Of a stretch of DNA of 64,000 nt, positions 1 to 30,940 are shown piece by piece. Position numbers and translations under genes: made by a program. The stretch is from Eledone cirrhosa (Eukaryota). The first letter of the stretch is position 1. Each line of letters starts with the position of its first letter. Under the pieces are notes generated by a model. That model had not been told where the DNA came from. It did no database searches and saw only the letters and a program-made list of their open reading frames with translations. The stretch covers positions 34,534,001-34,598,000 of the forward strand of contig OZ024756.1 in the NCBI GenBank assembly GCA_964016885.1. Direction: 5' to 3'.

Positions 1-113
1 ACATCCATCTAATTACACAAAGACAACGAACATTGACGGAATAGAAGATTTAATACATGTGTAAAACCTAATAATTATATGTCAGTGACTTCGCAGTTTC
101 GCCGGTGTCGACT

Positions 114-157
<44 letters not shown>

Positions 158-2267
158 GCGTGTTATATAAGATAGATGTATGAAATATGTGTGAGATGGA
201 TGCATGATGTATATATATACATATATACACACACAAAGTGTGTGTTGTATACGTAGATAGGTTCGTTCGATTAGAGTGATGGATATAAAACGGAACTGTC
301 CGATTTATAGAGCATATTGCCTGAATGAATGTAAGCGTGAGGATCTGGTGAATTCTTTATTTTCTAGTCGCATGTCATTGTAGTGGACAGTGAGGAATGT
401 GTATGTATTGTATATACATTTGTTTTATCTGCTGTATTTTCGTTGAAACGATTGTTATATTACACATACACACACCAGAATATGGCTGCCAGAGCCGTCG
501 TGATCCTCGTGCCAAATCTTAATTCGACTTTTACCTAATTAACTTGCTTGCCTGTTTATATAGTAGTTGTACGGTACATACACCACACAATCTTAAATGT
601 CACATTTTATCTTTAGCTATATATATATATATATATAGTCGAATGAGCCCTAGATGTGTGAACTATATATAATATATATATGTGTGTTATTCTTAACTTG
701 GTGCTTGTTAATTTAGTGGTTGGTCGTTATTTTTCTCTTTTCTTTAATCATGGTTTAAATGAGATATTCCGGACTAATAGTCTAAAGATATTATTCCGGA
801 CTAACAGGTTTACAGTTTATTTTGTGTTTGTTCGTTCTACAACTATTCTCACCTCCCTCTGGCTAATTAATCAACTTAGAAATATTTACAAATATTAAGT
901 ATTTCGATTATATCTTTCCATGTCGACGTCACGGTCTATTGGTGTTTCCACACACACACGCATATATATATATAATTTTATTTAGTACCTGTATACCCTA
1001 CGATTTAGTTTAAACTGTTTCGATGGCTAAATATATATATGTATATATAATTTCCGCAGGTGGTTCTGTCCACATTTTACCAAACTTAGTCGTTTACCTT
1101 CATTGTGGCGACTTTCAAAAAAGAAAGAAACATTTTTTTTTTTAATTTTCTCAATGCCTAAAAAAAACAAACCTGTGTTTTTATATATTATTTTCGTGGT
1201 GTTGTCCTTTGTTAATTGGTTTAGTGTCGGTACAAACCTATTTATATCTTTCCTATCCTGGAAGATTTAAAACAAAGCTAAGGTGTTATTTAGAGAATTT
1301 GGAACAGTTAATACTTGGTCGGTGTCCAGTCATGTGATGATGATTGCTCAGCCTGTGAAACTCGGAGTAATGACGATAGCATTTTAGATTTCTGTAAAAT
1401 GGTCACATGCTGCTTTCTAAGATATTTGGAAAAAAGCCTTGCAGTGAATTGGCTGTCGGATTAAATGCCTCGGTATTCGTTCCGGCTCACTGCGCTCTGA
1501 GTTCAAGGTACCAATCCAATCTATGCGAGAAGGTGGTGGTGGTAGTTTGGTGTAATTGTTGAAGTCAGACAGTAAGCTTTTGCATTATGAGATCCGGCTT
1601 TGAGCGTTTAGAGCTCAAATCCTGCCTCCTTCCGACGGGAGTTGCCACCAATTTCAGTAATGGAAGGACCAGTAGAAACAGTTTCCTTGATCAGATCTGA
1701 CAATCGGTTCTTTTCCTTTCAGATTATATTTTAACAAAATTCAAAATTTCAAAGCGTCTGCTAATTTGCCAGCTTCCAAGCTGGCACAGTCTTTTGTAGA
1801 TCATTATATTCATTATACTGTGTTTACTCATCAATAAAAACGATCTACTGCCTCTGGTAAAAACTCAATATCATTTTACTTCCTTTGTTTTTTTTTCATG
1901 CTTGCCTGGGTTATATATATATATATAGTACATTTAACTTGATTATATAATCCACGTTTGTTTTTATCATCATTTAATCTCTGGCATGGGTTGGACCAAA
2001 TCTTACTACATTCCATATTGGACATGGTTTCTACGGTTGGGTGCGTTTTGTCGTGATGACACCAGCACTAACATATATAATACACATTGAATGCAAACAT
2101 TCCTGCACACATACATATATGTACATACATATATGTACATATAATACGCATTCCTACAAACGTATATATATACGCGTGACACACACCTAATTTAGTTTTG
2201 AATTTTGTGATTTGTCCTTATATATTTTTTCCAAAACCGGTTTTCAGTCAATATGTATATATATATA

Positions 2268-2352
2268 TATTAATACGAAAAAAAAAAAAAAAAAACTTAA
2301 AATGTAGGTTTTATATTTCGAAGTAGAAAGAAAAATAAAATAAAAAAGAAGA

Positions 2353-2392
<40 letters not shown>

Positions 2393-2477
2393 TCTTCTTT
2401 TTTATTTTATTTTTCTTTCTACTTCGAAATATAAAACCTACATTTTAAGTTTTTTTTTTTTTTTTTTCGTATTAATA
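2268..2477. repeat. 210-bp perfect palindrome centred on (TA)n
   Basis: tattaatacg(A)n cttaaaatgtagg...gactg(TA)n cagtc...cctacattttaag(T)n cgtattaata. Confidence 0.9.
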
Positions 2478-5074
2478 CCATTTCAATTTAATTTTTGTGG
2501 TGTATATACAATTGGTGACAAATTGGAGTTGGCATATTTTATACATTTATCAGAATATTCTTAGAGTTCCATGTATTTTGAATTTAGGTTTTGTAGATCC
2601 TGTAAATAAGTCGCATGCTGGTTTTACATGTTAGATTTTGGTGGGAAAAGGTGTGACGTATACACAAGTATTTATAATATGTGTATATATATATATATAT
2701 ATTATGGCTCATACCTGAATTTGTTTAGCTAACCTGATCTCAATGGTAGAGGCCCCAGGGTGTTGAAATCAGTTATAAGGTCATGGGTTCGATTCATGGA
2801 CTTGAATGGCATGTTATGTTCTTGTGCAAGACACTTCATGGTAGGACACGTTGCTATTTTTAAAAAGCAGAGAAACCTCATATGAGATACATCCTTTAGA
2901 AGGCCATCTAAACCTTCATGGGTGTTGGCTGAAATGTGTTAATATGTATGTATGAATAAATATATTTTATATAGATGTATCCAAATTGTGTGTGCTGTAA
3001 TAGTGATGCATTTAATTCCAACAATATTAACCATCTGTAAAAATGTTCAGGTAAATAATTGACAAATGAAAGATATATATTCAATAGATTTGACTGTTCC
3101 AGACTATTGTAGATGTGACTAACTAAACACATATTGATTAGTCAGCTTAGCTGGTTTGTTGTGTAAACCAAATAGATATATCTATCGTGACACTCTCAGC
3201 AGGGAATTGACAGTGACAAAATGACACTTTTAGCAAGGGATTGACAGTTCTTTGGTGTTTTGGGTAAATTGTCTTATGGTATTTGTTCTGGCTCTCTGAG
3301 TTTAAATCCCATTTTCACCATTTCAGGATTGAGAATGAAAATAAAAAAAAAAATGAAATGTACGGCTCAAACATATGTAGGTTTAGCTGGTCTCCTATGA
3401 AGTTATCTCATAGGAGGTTGTTTTGGTGATTTATTATGAAAAGCAATGTTGAATGAAATATCTTGTTGAGAAGAACACAATGCACAATCTGGTTAAGGAT
3501 TTGAACCCACAGCCTTGTGATTGGGAGTCCAGCTCTCTGACCATAGTCGCATGGCTTCGACATGAAAATGGGAAAAGAATAACATGGCTTAAAGTTCAAT
3601 TTCACAATGGGCAAGTGTCTTCTACTATAGCTTCAGGTTGACCAATACCTTGTAAGTGGAATTTAGTTGAATGACTGGAACCATCATCATCATCATCACC
3701 ACTTTATGTCCGTAATTCATACTGGCATTGTTTGGAGTGCTGGTATGGTTTCTACTGCAGAATGCCCTTCCTAATGCCAACAACTTTACAATATGTACTA
3801 GGTGCAATTTGTTCAGGCACCAGCACTACCATTTTAACAGTGTACTGAGTGTATTTTGTCCCCAGCACTACCACTTTATATAGTGGGTGCATATTATTGG
3901 CTCACCAGCACTACCACTTTATAGTGGACTAGGTACATTTTATCTGTCAGTTGCAGGCTTCACTGGGAGCACTCCAATGTGGCATTAACACTAGGGCAAT
4001 CATAAAAAGAATGTGGAAATATATATTCTTAATCTAAGCTGTAGCAATTTCTCATGTAACTACAATGGTTCCATTTCCATGTAAAAGAGCGTTTATAAAA
4101 GTCTATATTTGTAACACTGTTTGTTTGTCAGCAGTTAACATGTTATAGTTGTTCACTCTCTCTCACTTTTAGAACAACAAGTCTATTGTTTAGTTCTATT
4201 GAAAGTAGTTTTAAATGGTTTCTATAATTTGAATGTTGGCAACAGTTCTATCATTTGGCCTAAACGTATGTACACACATACATAAATATATGCGTGTACA
4301 AGCTTCTGTGAAGTGGTAGTGCTGGTGCCACAATAAAATCTACCCAGTACTTTTGTAAAGCGTTTGTTAAGAAAAGCAACCAGCTGTAGAAACTATGCCA
4401 AAACTGGAACTGTTGTGAATTAGATGTGCCCTTTCCCCTATCCCTTGCAGGTCTAAGGAACAGTAGCTCCAATTATGTAGTGAATTGGTCTGTAATGGCC
4501 CTGTCCTATTCTTACTTGCATGGAAAAATAGGTATAAAATGATGTGAATATACACAAGCACATACAGACATTCATGAAATATATTTAGAAAAATAATTCC
4601 TCATTGTTTAGGCTTAACAAAAATTCCTGAACAATGAAGCGAATGGAACTATATATGTTTATTTACCAAAGTCTTATTTCAAATGCTCCATTACTGAGGG
4701 TTTGTATACATTTTGTGTCACAAGGGGGTTCACTTACCTTAATTTAAAAGTTAACCTCACAAATTTTACTCAGTTGCCTCTCCAGTGTGGAGAGAGAGCT
4801 TTCAATAGATGTTATTTTCTCTCCAAGCGATAAGCAGCTTGTATAATACCTGAATAAAGTGCAATACTGCATAGCAGTAACACATGCATAGTGAATGCCT
4901 TAAAAGAACACCCACCCAAGACTATAATATTTGCTTTTCTAAAAGCTTCAAATATTACCTTTTAATCATTTTTATGGTTTGAAAAATTGCTAAGCATTAT
5001 GCAGATTCTAAAGCAATTGTTTTATATAACTTGCATAATTAGATTTTAACAGCCTTAAAATTGGCAGCATGATA

Positions 5075-5390
5075 AAATGCATCCAGTTCACTCTGTAAAG
5101 TGGTTGGTAATAGGAAGGGTATCCGGCTGGAGAACACCTTTATTTGCGTGGCAGCTCACGCCTATGCAGGTTTAGCTGGCCTTCTCCAAGGTAAATCTCG
5201 TTGGAGGTGTCTTGGGTGATTTAATGATAGGGACCCCAGTCCTATCATCTCATTTCTACAGTTGAGTAAACTGGAGCAACGTGAAATAAAGTGTCTTGCT
5301 CAAGGAAACAACATATCACTCGGTCTGAGAATTGAACTCACCACCTTTCGATTGCAAGCCCAATGCTCTAACCACTAAGCCATGTGCTTT
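5075..5390 (-). mobile_element. SINE family A (alternative tail)
   Basis: Head (aaccactaagccatgtgc) and body on the minus strand; tail shared with the copies at 8413, 9852 and 22480. Confidence 0.7.
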
Positions 5391-7119
5391 ATTTGGTAGA
5401 AGTTCATTGAGAACAACTTTACATGAGAAGAGCTTTTTTTTTTAAAGGATTGAGAGGACCCAACAGTTGTGTCAAGAGCACAACTTCCCTAGTGATGGTG
5501 CCGCAATAAAATACTCCGAGTATGGTGTGTAAAGTCGTTGACACCTGCCTCTAGAAACCATTCCCAAAGCCAGGATGTGTGTGGAACCCTTTCCCAGGTT
5601 CATCTGGGAAGACAGTAGTTCTGACTTGAATGGTGGTGATGATCCGGGCAACTCTAGTCAGCCCAGAAGAACAGGCATAAAATGATGATTCTTTATTATC
5701 TAATTTAACTGACTTAATCTAATGTAGTAGTTGTTAGTTATCTTTAACTGTTGTGACATGAGTTAGCAGAAATTACAGACTTACACTTGATTTTATCTTA
5801 TAATCACTATTATTTATCATCGTCTTTGTCATGCTCAACTTCAGTCCTTTTTATTTTTATCTTGGTGCCATGACAAAATGCACCCAGTACACTCTGTAAA
5901 GTCGTAGGTAATCAAACAAGAATACTAAATGGTGAAGAAGGTACTTTAGGCCAGCCAAAGGATCAACCTCTCTAGTTCTGGTGCCACAATACGACACTTT
6001 GTAAAGTAGTTGGCAATCAAGCATTGATATTAGTCAAGGGGACTATTTAGTCTTGCTGAAACTATGACAGCTTCTCAAGTCTTTAACAAGTCTTCCAGTC
6101 CTGTGTTTTGGACTGGTATTTTATTTATTGATCTTAAATTTATGAAAGACAAGTTTGACTTTGGTTTGTTAGAACTGATAGTATAGAGATCCCGAACAAC
6201 TTTCAAAGAGCATTTAATCCAACATTCTAATGATTCTGCTTATTCACTGCCTGAAATATAAATTTATGTTTTGTTGATGGAGTTTGCTGGATATTGTTTA
6301 CATAACTTTGCCTGCTACCAATGCATTTGTCTCTCTGGTGCAGCCATGGCTGTTTACATAACATTCACCTGTCACTCTGGTGCAGAAGTGGTGAAGAAGT
6401 TGGCTTTGGAAACACTATTTTAGGTTGTTTTACTGTGTGCTTCCTTGCATAGCAAAGTGGCTTATACCATAGCCTTCGGCTGGCCAATGCCTTGTGAAGG
6501 GAGATTTGGTTGATGGAAACTGGAGAGAGCCCAATGTATGTCTGTGTGTGAGAGCATGTTTATGATGTGTAACACAGGTGGTGTGTTATGTTTTTTTTTA
6601 TCAGACCTGGGACCCCTATCATTAAAGAAACCTCCAATGAGATGCAAGCTCGTAGGAGGCCAGCTAAACCTACACAGTTGTGAGCTGTAAATTTCATATT
6701 TCATTTCATACTAGCATGGAAAAACAGACATTAAAACAATGCCTGTACTCCAGATTAGAGGTGTTTGAGGTTTGGTTCATAAAGATGGGATGAAACCTCT
6801 TAAACTGAAATCAAGTCAAGAACTATTTAGGTTGAGAGGAAGTATTATTTTTACCCCTGTTTTTTATGTGTTGGGAAGAGACCTTTTGAGGCAGAATTCT
6901 ATAACCAGATGCTCTTTCTGATGCGAGCCCTCATTTGATTATTGTTAGGAATGGATCTTTGCATGTCTAACTGCTTGATTGTGGGACCTCTGTTTATGCT
7001 AGTTATAAACAAACATCACCATCTACACTATTAATGTAACATGTAAAGACATGGCACGCACGCACAGCAGACTAAATTGGATGTTGTATATCTATAGCTA
7101 TTTTTCTTTCTAATTTCAG

Positions 7120-24207
<17,088 letters not shown>

Positions 24208-24225
24208 TTAAAACTGGATGTTTTT

Positions 24226-24273
<48 letters not shown>

Positions 24274-24709
24274 ATATATTTGTAAGGGGTGGGCTTTGAT
24301 GGATTTCCCTTTATTTAAAAAAAGTATGTTACCAAGGTAATATGATTACTAAAAAGGAACTTCCATGAAGGAACTAAAAAAATGAAGTATAATATTTAAA
24401 AACAAAACTAATGAGAAACGGTAACATTTTTTGTCTTTTTTTTTTGTTTCTCTAAAATCTTTTTTTTTTATTTTTTATTTTTTTTTTGTAATTTTAAAAT
24501 AAAGAAGAAAAAAGAATTTTTTTAAAGACTCAGTGTAGTAATATAGATGAAATATGTTTTTTGTAGTTTTTGTTTTTGGTACTGTGGATTGGGCAAGACT
24601 GGTTGGGGATGATGATGATGATAATAATAATACTACTAATGGTGGTGCTGGTGTTGTTCTCTCTTTCTCTGTATTGGTCTTGCTCTTCTCTCACCTCTCA
24701 CACACCCCA

Positions 24710-24745
<36 letters not shown>

Positions 24746-24780
24746 TTGTATATATTCTTACACATATATTTATGCATGTG

Positions 24781-24828
<48 letters not shown>

Positions 24829-24884
24829 CGTCCCACCCTTGCAAGCAGGGAAAAGCGGACGTAAAATGATGATGATGATGATGA

Positions 24885-24918
<34 letters not shown>

Positions 24919-25229
24919 TTAAGGCTGATTTTGGAGCCTTAATACCGTTAAAAATCTCTATGGTATTGAGTATTCATTCTAGTGTTCATTAATACTAAAT
25001 GTATTTATGTATGTATGTGTGTGTGTGTGTGTATATATATATACACATACACACACAATTTTATTATAGCTATGGACTTTTACCAGTAACTTGAGGGTTT
25101 GAAAAGTGGACTTCAGCATGAAACTCATCGCCCTTTGAGCCACTGGTATAGATCCACAGCTATAATAAATTACTCATCATTCTACCCATGTATTGGATTT
25201 TGTTTCTCTTTGTACAGCCCAACCTATAT

Positions 25230-25293
<64 letters not shown>

Positions 25294-28200
25294 GTGTGTG
25301 TTTATGTGTCTGCTCTTCTGTTATATATAAATATATCTACAGTGTAAATCAATACACTGTGATAATTGTTTTCTTTGAAGTACCGTTGAAGGTGCTGCTT
25401 TGTTGATCCGACAATGAATGATAAATAATATTCGCTAAATTCACTAAATTTAAATATTTATTCATCGTTAGAGTACAACAAACCATTGTTTTTCTCTCCC
25501 CCCCCCCCCCCTCGTTCTCTCTGTCTGTGTTTTCTCTTCTGTAAAATAAAATAAAGTTTAAAAAATATAAACACCCCCACCACACCCCCAAAAAAGCTGC
25601 TCATTCCATGTTCTTCTCAGGCAAATTTTTCCCCTAACTCCCTTCATTGAAAGCCTACAAACTGCCTCCTCCCACATACACTCCTCTGTGTCTCCTCCAC
25701 ATCTTCCTCTGCTCCTCTCTCTCTCTACTTTACACCTTCCTCTCTCCCTTTCTCCTTCACTTTCCTCTTCTTCCTATCTTTCTCTCTGATGCTTTTTATT
25801 TTCTGTTATTACTTTACGAAAAGGTAAACACTTTTGTTCCTGCTTCAATTTTCTAACTTTACATTATTTTCCCTGTTATTTTTTTACAACCATCAGGTAT
25901 AAATAAATGAGATATTGTAACAAAGTGTTTTAAGGCAATTTACCCTCAGAGGTTAGCCTTTGTTATGAGTGGCCCCATGACAAGCTTCTTCATTTTGACC
26001 TATTCACTCTATTCACCCTCCTCCCATTTCACCAACTTTCATTTTCTCCTCCATTATTTTACCCTACAACATGTAAACGAACAAAAATAAATGTTTGAAG
26101 GCCATTTTCTCTGCTCCAAAAGTTTTATAAGCCTTGTAGAGCCCCTTGATAGGTTTAATACTCACCAGATGGTCTTTTTTTTATTATTATTTACCTCACA
26201 AACTCTTTTTATTACCAACTGTAAGGAGTACTTGATACTTCCCTAGGTCTGTCATGGCTTACTAGCTTTATACGGACGTTTAAATTGATTAAATAAATAA
26301 ATGAATATATGGTCTTCTTTTGAAGTTCACTCCTTATGGTGTCCTCTTAAGGCTTGATACTCATCCAGGGGTCCTTTTTGAGGCTTGATATTCCTTATGG
26401 GGTCCTCTTAAGGCTTGATACCAGTTTTGTGTGTCTATATAATTGCAGCTAGTACTTAGACTAGATAAATGATAAAACTGACCTCTTAAATAATTTCATT
26501 TAGGTTGTTTTTTTTTTCTTTCTTTTTCCTTTGTTGTGTAACACAGGAAACATACTGTGAGAAAATTCAGTGGTGGGGTGGAGGTAGTGGTTAACATCCC
26601 TTTTCCCCAATCAGGGAACCTAAAAAAATATTTTATTTGATGTTATACTAACTTTCTAAATTCAACATTGACCTTATTCTCTCTGATTCCCCTGCACATA
26701 ACCACATGCATCTCCTCTCCTTCTTTTCTCTCCTCTTTCAGTCTCTCTCTCCCTTTTGTTTTGGTTGGTAAAGTTCTATTTATTCCACCATTTTCCACCC
26801 CTTTCCAATGTAATAAAAGCCTGCTTCTATTTCAATATTGCAATCACCCTAACAAGCTGTTTATACAATGATCCTTCAGTGTTATTTTATAAATAAAACC
26901 AATTGTTTGTGGTATCCTACTACAGAAGCATCGACAGTGTTTGTGTATATTATATTATGAGTAAGCTTTGATATGATGAAAGTCAACCAACCTCTTTCAG
27001 TTTAACTCTTAACATCCTGTGCCATATGAAACTGAATTAGCAAGACATACTTGAAATGAACAAAGCAGCACTAGGACTGTATCTCATTAAAAATTAGTCT
27101 TTAATACTGTAAAATTTCACATCTATTTTCTAGTAAAGATGCTATAAACATTTAAATTAACAAACTACATTAGCAAGACATTCTTGAAAAGCACAAAAAA
27201 AAACCACTTTGGCTGCATCTTATTAAAAATTACAGTCTTTATTCTAATACTGCAATTTTTTCTTTTTCTAATCTGTCCACTAGTAAAGATATTGTCAACA
27301 TTTTTAGGCATTTTCTGCCAAATCATTACAGGGTGTTAAGAGTTAAAATATCTTCCTTGCTATAATTACTATTTTTTTTTTAATCAATTTCCCAGCATAA
27401 TGGGTATTTAATAAATAATTTTTAAAAATTTATTATTGAAAAAAAAAAAAAAAAATGGTTTTCTTTTTTGAACAAATTTATTTTCAAAAAGAAAAAACTC
27501 AATTGAAATATTAAAATTGAAACAAAAGATAAGATTTAGTTGTGGAAACTGGCTCTATTTTTCTACTAATTTAAACAACTTCTGTTTTCTGTGATGTCCT
27601 TATTAAGGCCACGTTTTATAAAAACTTGTGTGCTTTTCTCGCTATCTATTTATCTAGAACTTAGTGGAACTTTGACAGAAACCCATACAATATCAGCTGT
27701 ATGCTGTTTTCACACTTAATTACTTTTATTATTATTATTATTATTTCTTAAAGGGCAATGGATTGACAGAATTATTAGAGCATGTGACAAAATGCCTTGC
27801 AATGTTTGCCCCAGTTCTTTTACATTTCTGAGTTCAAATCCCAACAGGGATCAACAAAATTAAGTACCAGTCAAGTACTGGCGTCGATGTAATCAACTTT
27901 CCTTCCCTACAAATTGTTGGCCTTGTGCCTAAATTAGAAACCAATTATTATTATCATTATTATTATTATTCCTTACTTTGGCAGGTATATATGTAAGAAC
28001 CTCTTCCAAAATCCACCTCAGACTTTGTCTTTTGCTCGTTTGATTATAATGTCGAAGGTTCCACGATATTTTAGTGTGAATCTATCTCTATATCTATCTA
28101 CCTCTGTCTATCTATCTATCTATCTATTTATTTATATTATTTGCAGCTTCATTCAATAAACTTGCAATAAAGGAGGATTCAATCAGTCGTTAACAAAGTT

Positions 28201-29181
28201 CTTTAATTTCAGTTCTTCGTTAAATTGATGATTCACTGATTTCTGATTTCATTCCATTAGAGATTTAATTGAATTGGTCAAGCTTATTAACCTCTTCAGT
28301 GCCATAGATGAGATAACTTGTTCTAACATGTATTCCAGTAACACAGATGAGATAACTCATCCTAACATGTTTGAACTCTTTTCCAACAGTTCATGACTTC
28401 AAAGCTAGATGGGGTTACTAGTTTATTGATGTAACGTTTGTCAATCATTTAGATGTGTTGTTAATAAATGTTTGTTTAAAAAAAAGTCATTTTACTGGGG
28501 GAGAAAACCAGCACGGCAACTAGCTGTGTAAAAAAAAATGTGGCAGTCAACAGATTAAACAATTTAAATTCTATTTTTAACCTTTTTGTTAACATATTTT
28601 TAATGAAAGCTGCTTATGGTTTTCAAATTATTTTTAAAATAATCAAGAAGCACCCAGCGCACACTGTAAATGTGGTTGGGGTTAGGAAGGGCATCTAGCC
28701 AGAAGCAGTTCTTATATGAGCAAGACACGGTCACCTGACCCATGCTAGCATAGAAAATGGACATTTAACGATGATGTATGTGTGTGTATATATGTATGTA
28801 TCGTCCTGTAACTCCTGAGAATCGTAGGGGCGCTGTATTGACATACGTTTCTCGGGCATTTTAAGCCTGGCAGAGCCTAAATATGTGTGTGTGTGTTTAT
28901 AATTTATTTTTTCAATGAAACCATGAGTCAAAGAGAAATACTTAAGTCAATAGAATACATATTAGTTATATTTACTTACACACGTAGGTAGTGAAACTTA
29001 CAAGTGTTATGTGTTTGATCAATGAAACAGCCTGTTCATGAAAAAAACATTGAGTATTATACAGTCGTGTACACTTAATGTAGTTCTCAATAAGTTTCAT
29101 TTTGTGTGTGACAGTTGTCATTACTGGTGGGCGATAGATTGGTAAGCTTAATCCACCACCGCCACCTCAATACCTTGTGTA

Positions 29182-29326
29182 CAGTGAAATTCCGTTATAA
29201 CGAAGTTCAAGGGGTATAAGAAAAATTTGTAGCAATGAAAAATTCTTTATAACAAGATTGACTGAGACAAATCAAGCGTTTATTACCTCAGGGATTGAAA
29301 AATTTGTTATAACGTAATTTTACCTG
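29182..29326. mobile_element. pogo/Tigger-like MITE
   Basis: TA-CAGTGAAATTCCGTTATAAC...GTTATAACGTAATTTTACCTG-TA. Confidence 0.65.
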
Positions 29327-29329
29327 TAG

Positions 29330-29755
29330 TCTATTAGGGTGGTCGATTTAATCCATTACTTGGTTTAGCACCACTACAACAATCTAGCCACACCTGGATG
29401 TTTTTAGTTAGGATCACTAGGGTGGTAGATTTAATCCATTACCTGATTTAACATCATCACTGCCTTGTAATCATCCTTAGTTGTCTTGCTGGGATCAGTA
29501 AAAAGGTAGACTTAATCCAGTTCCTGGTTTAATATCACCACTGTTGTTTAACCACCCTTAGTTGTCTAGCTGGGATCAGTAAAGTGGTAGACTTTACTTG
29601 GTTTAACACCACCACCTAACAGCTCTTGGTTGTCTTTAGCTGGGATCACTAGGTTAATAGACTTAATCCATTACCTGGTTTAACATCACCACCATCTAAC
29701 CACACCTAGCTGTCTTGAGCTGGGATCACTTGGGTGGAAAGACTTAATCACTCTA
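29330..29755. repeat. Degenerate tandem repeat, ~70-bp unit
   Basis: Recurrent gacttaatccattacctggtttaacatcaccac...gctgggatcactagg. Confidence 0.75.
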
Positions 29756-30136
29756 CATAGGTGATACAAGCCTTCATTCCTCTGTAATCCTCTACATCTA
29801 AGTGGCATCCACATTGAGTAGCCTATGAACAAATCAATGTAAAGATGATAGTGATAGAGAAGCCATACATTCTTCAATCACACTGCTTGACTGGCTACCA
29901 GTTCATCCACGTGGTAAGGAAAGATGCAAGATGGAGAAGCTGATAGCCTATTTCGAACAATGCACACCCCTACACAGGTGATATTAGCCTTCATTCCTCT
30001 CTAATCCTCCACACCCAAGTGACATCCACGTTATTGATCTCACAGGTCACAGGATGTCTTGTGAGGTCATGGTCACTGAGAGCCAACAGAGGTCATCATC
30101 ACTTTCCCTTCCTCCATATCAAACCAATAACATATA

Positions 30137-30250
30137 CAGTGTGGGCTGTAAGTCTTGCACCAAAGTTAAATGTAAGCGATAATTCAGTTCTTTGTTAATG
30201 CAGTTAATGTTACATTTAATGCTTTGGTGCACAACTTCAGGCCAATCCTG
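30137..30250. mobile_element. Tc1/mariner-like MITE
   Basis: TA-CAG..tgcaccaaagttaaatgtaa / ttacatttaatgctttggtgca..CTG-TA imperfect TIRs. Confidence 0.6.
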
Positions 30251-30786
30251 TATAATTTATAATGCAAAAATACTATAATATACAATACAAACCCTTCTTC
30301 CTTACTTGGGGTTTCAACCGTTGATGTAGATGTAGTGGTGCTGTTATAGGACATTTCTTGGGTATTTTAAACCAAGTAGAGCTCATCACTCTCCAGGTAT
30401 GAACACAAAATTTCTTACCAAGAGAGAGAGAAGAACCAACAACCAGTATTGGACAGGTATTTTATTTATTGACCCCAAACAGGTGAAAGGTCATGTTGGC
30501 CTTGGCAGAAGTTGAATTCGAGTCACAGAGAACTGGAATGAAAGCCACAATGTTCTAACTACTCTGCTAATCAGTTGTAGTACAGGTAAGTTAAGGTAAG
30601 TGGAGCTTCGTTGGTTTGGTTTTGAGATTGTGTGTTTCAGTTGTTTGATCAATGGAGGAGTGTGTTCATGTCAGTGGCTGAGCATTCCACAGACATGTTC
30701 ACCCTTGATGTAATTGTAAAAGAGATTCAGTGTGACAAACTGTAACAACAAATGACACAGTATCTATCTATATATATATAATATAT

Positions 30787-30940
30787 ATTCTTTAATTTCT
30801 CATTCTCTTTTCTGATGAAGGACTAGTGTCCAAAATGTTAACTCTTTTCCTACTATATCAAGTTTAAAACTTATAATATGTTTCTTCATTGTACTGTGCC
30901 GTTTGCTTTGTTATTTCTGTTTCCCTTTTGCATACCTATA
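30787..30940 (+). mobile_element. Hammerhead-bearing short repeat, family 1 (decayed copy)
   Basis: CTGATGAAGGACTAGTGTCC-AAAATGTTA plus the same downstream sequence as the 38791 copy; flanked by (TA)n. Confidence 0.7.

Noticed and set aside
482-538. ATG GCT GCC AGA as USP15 first exon
   Set aside because: Stops after 18 codons, has no phase-2 donor and no similarity to the DUSP N-terminus.
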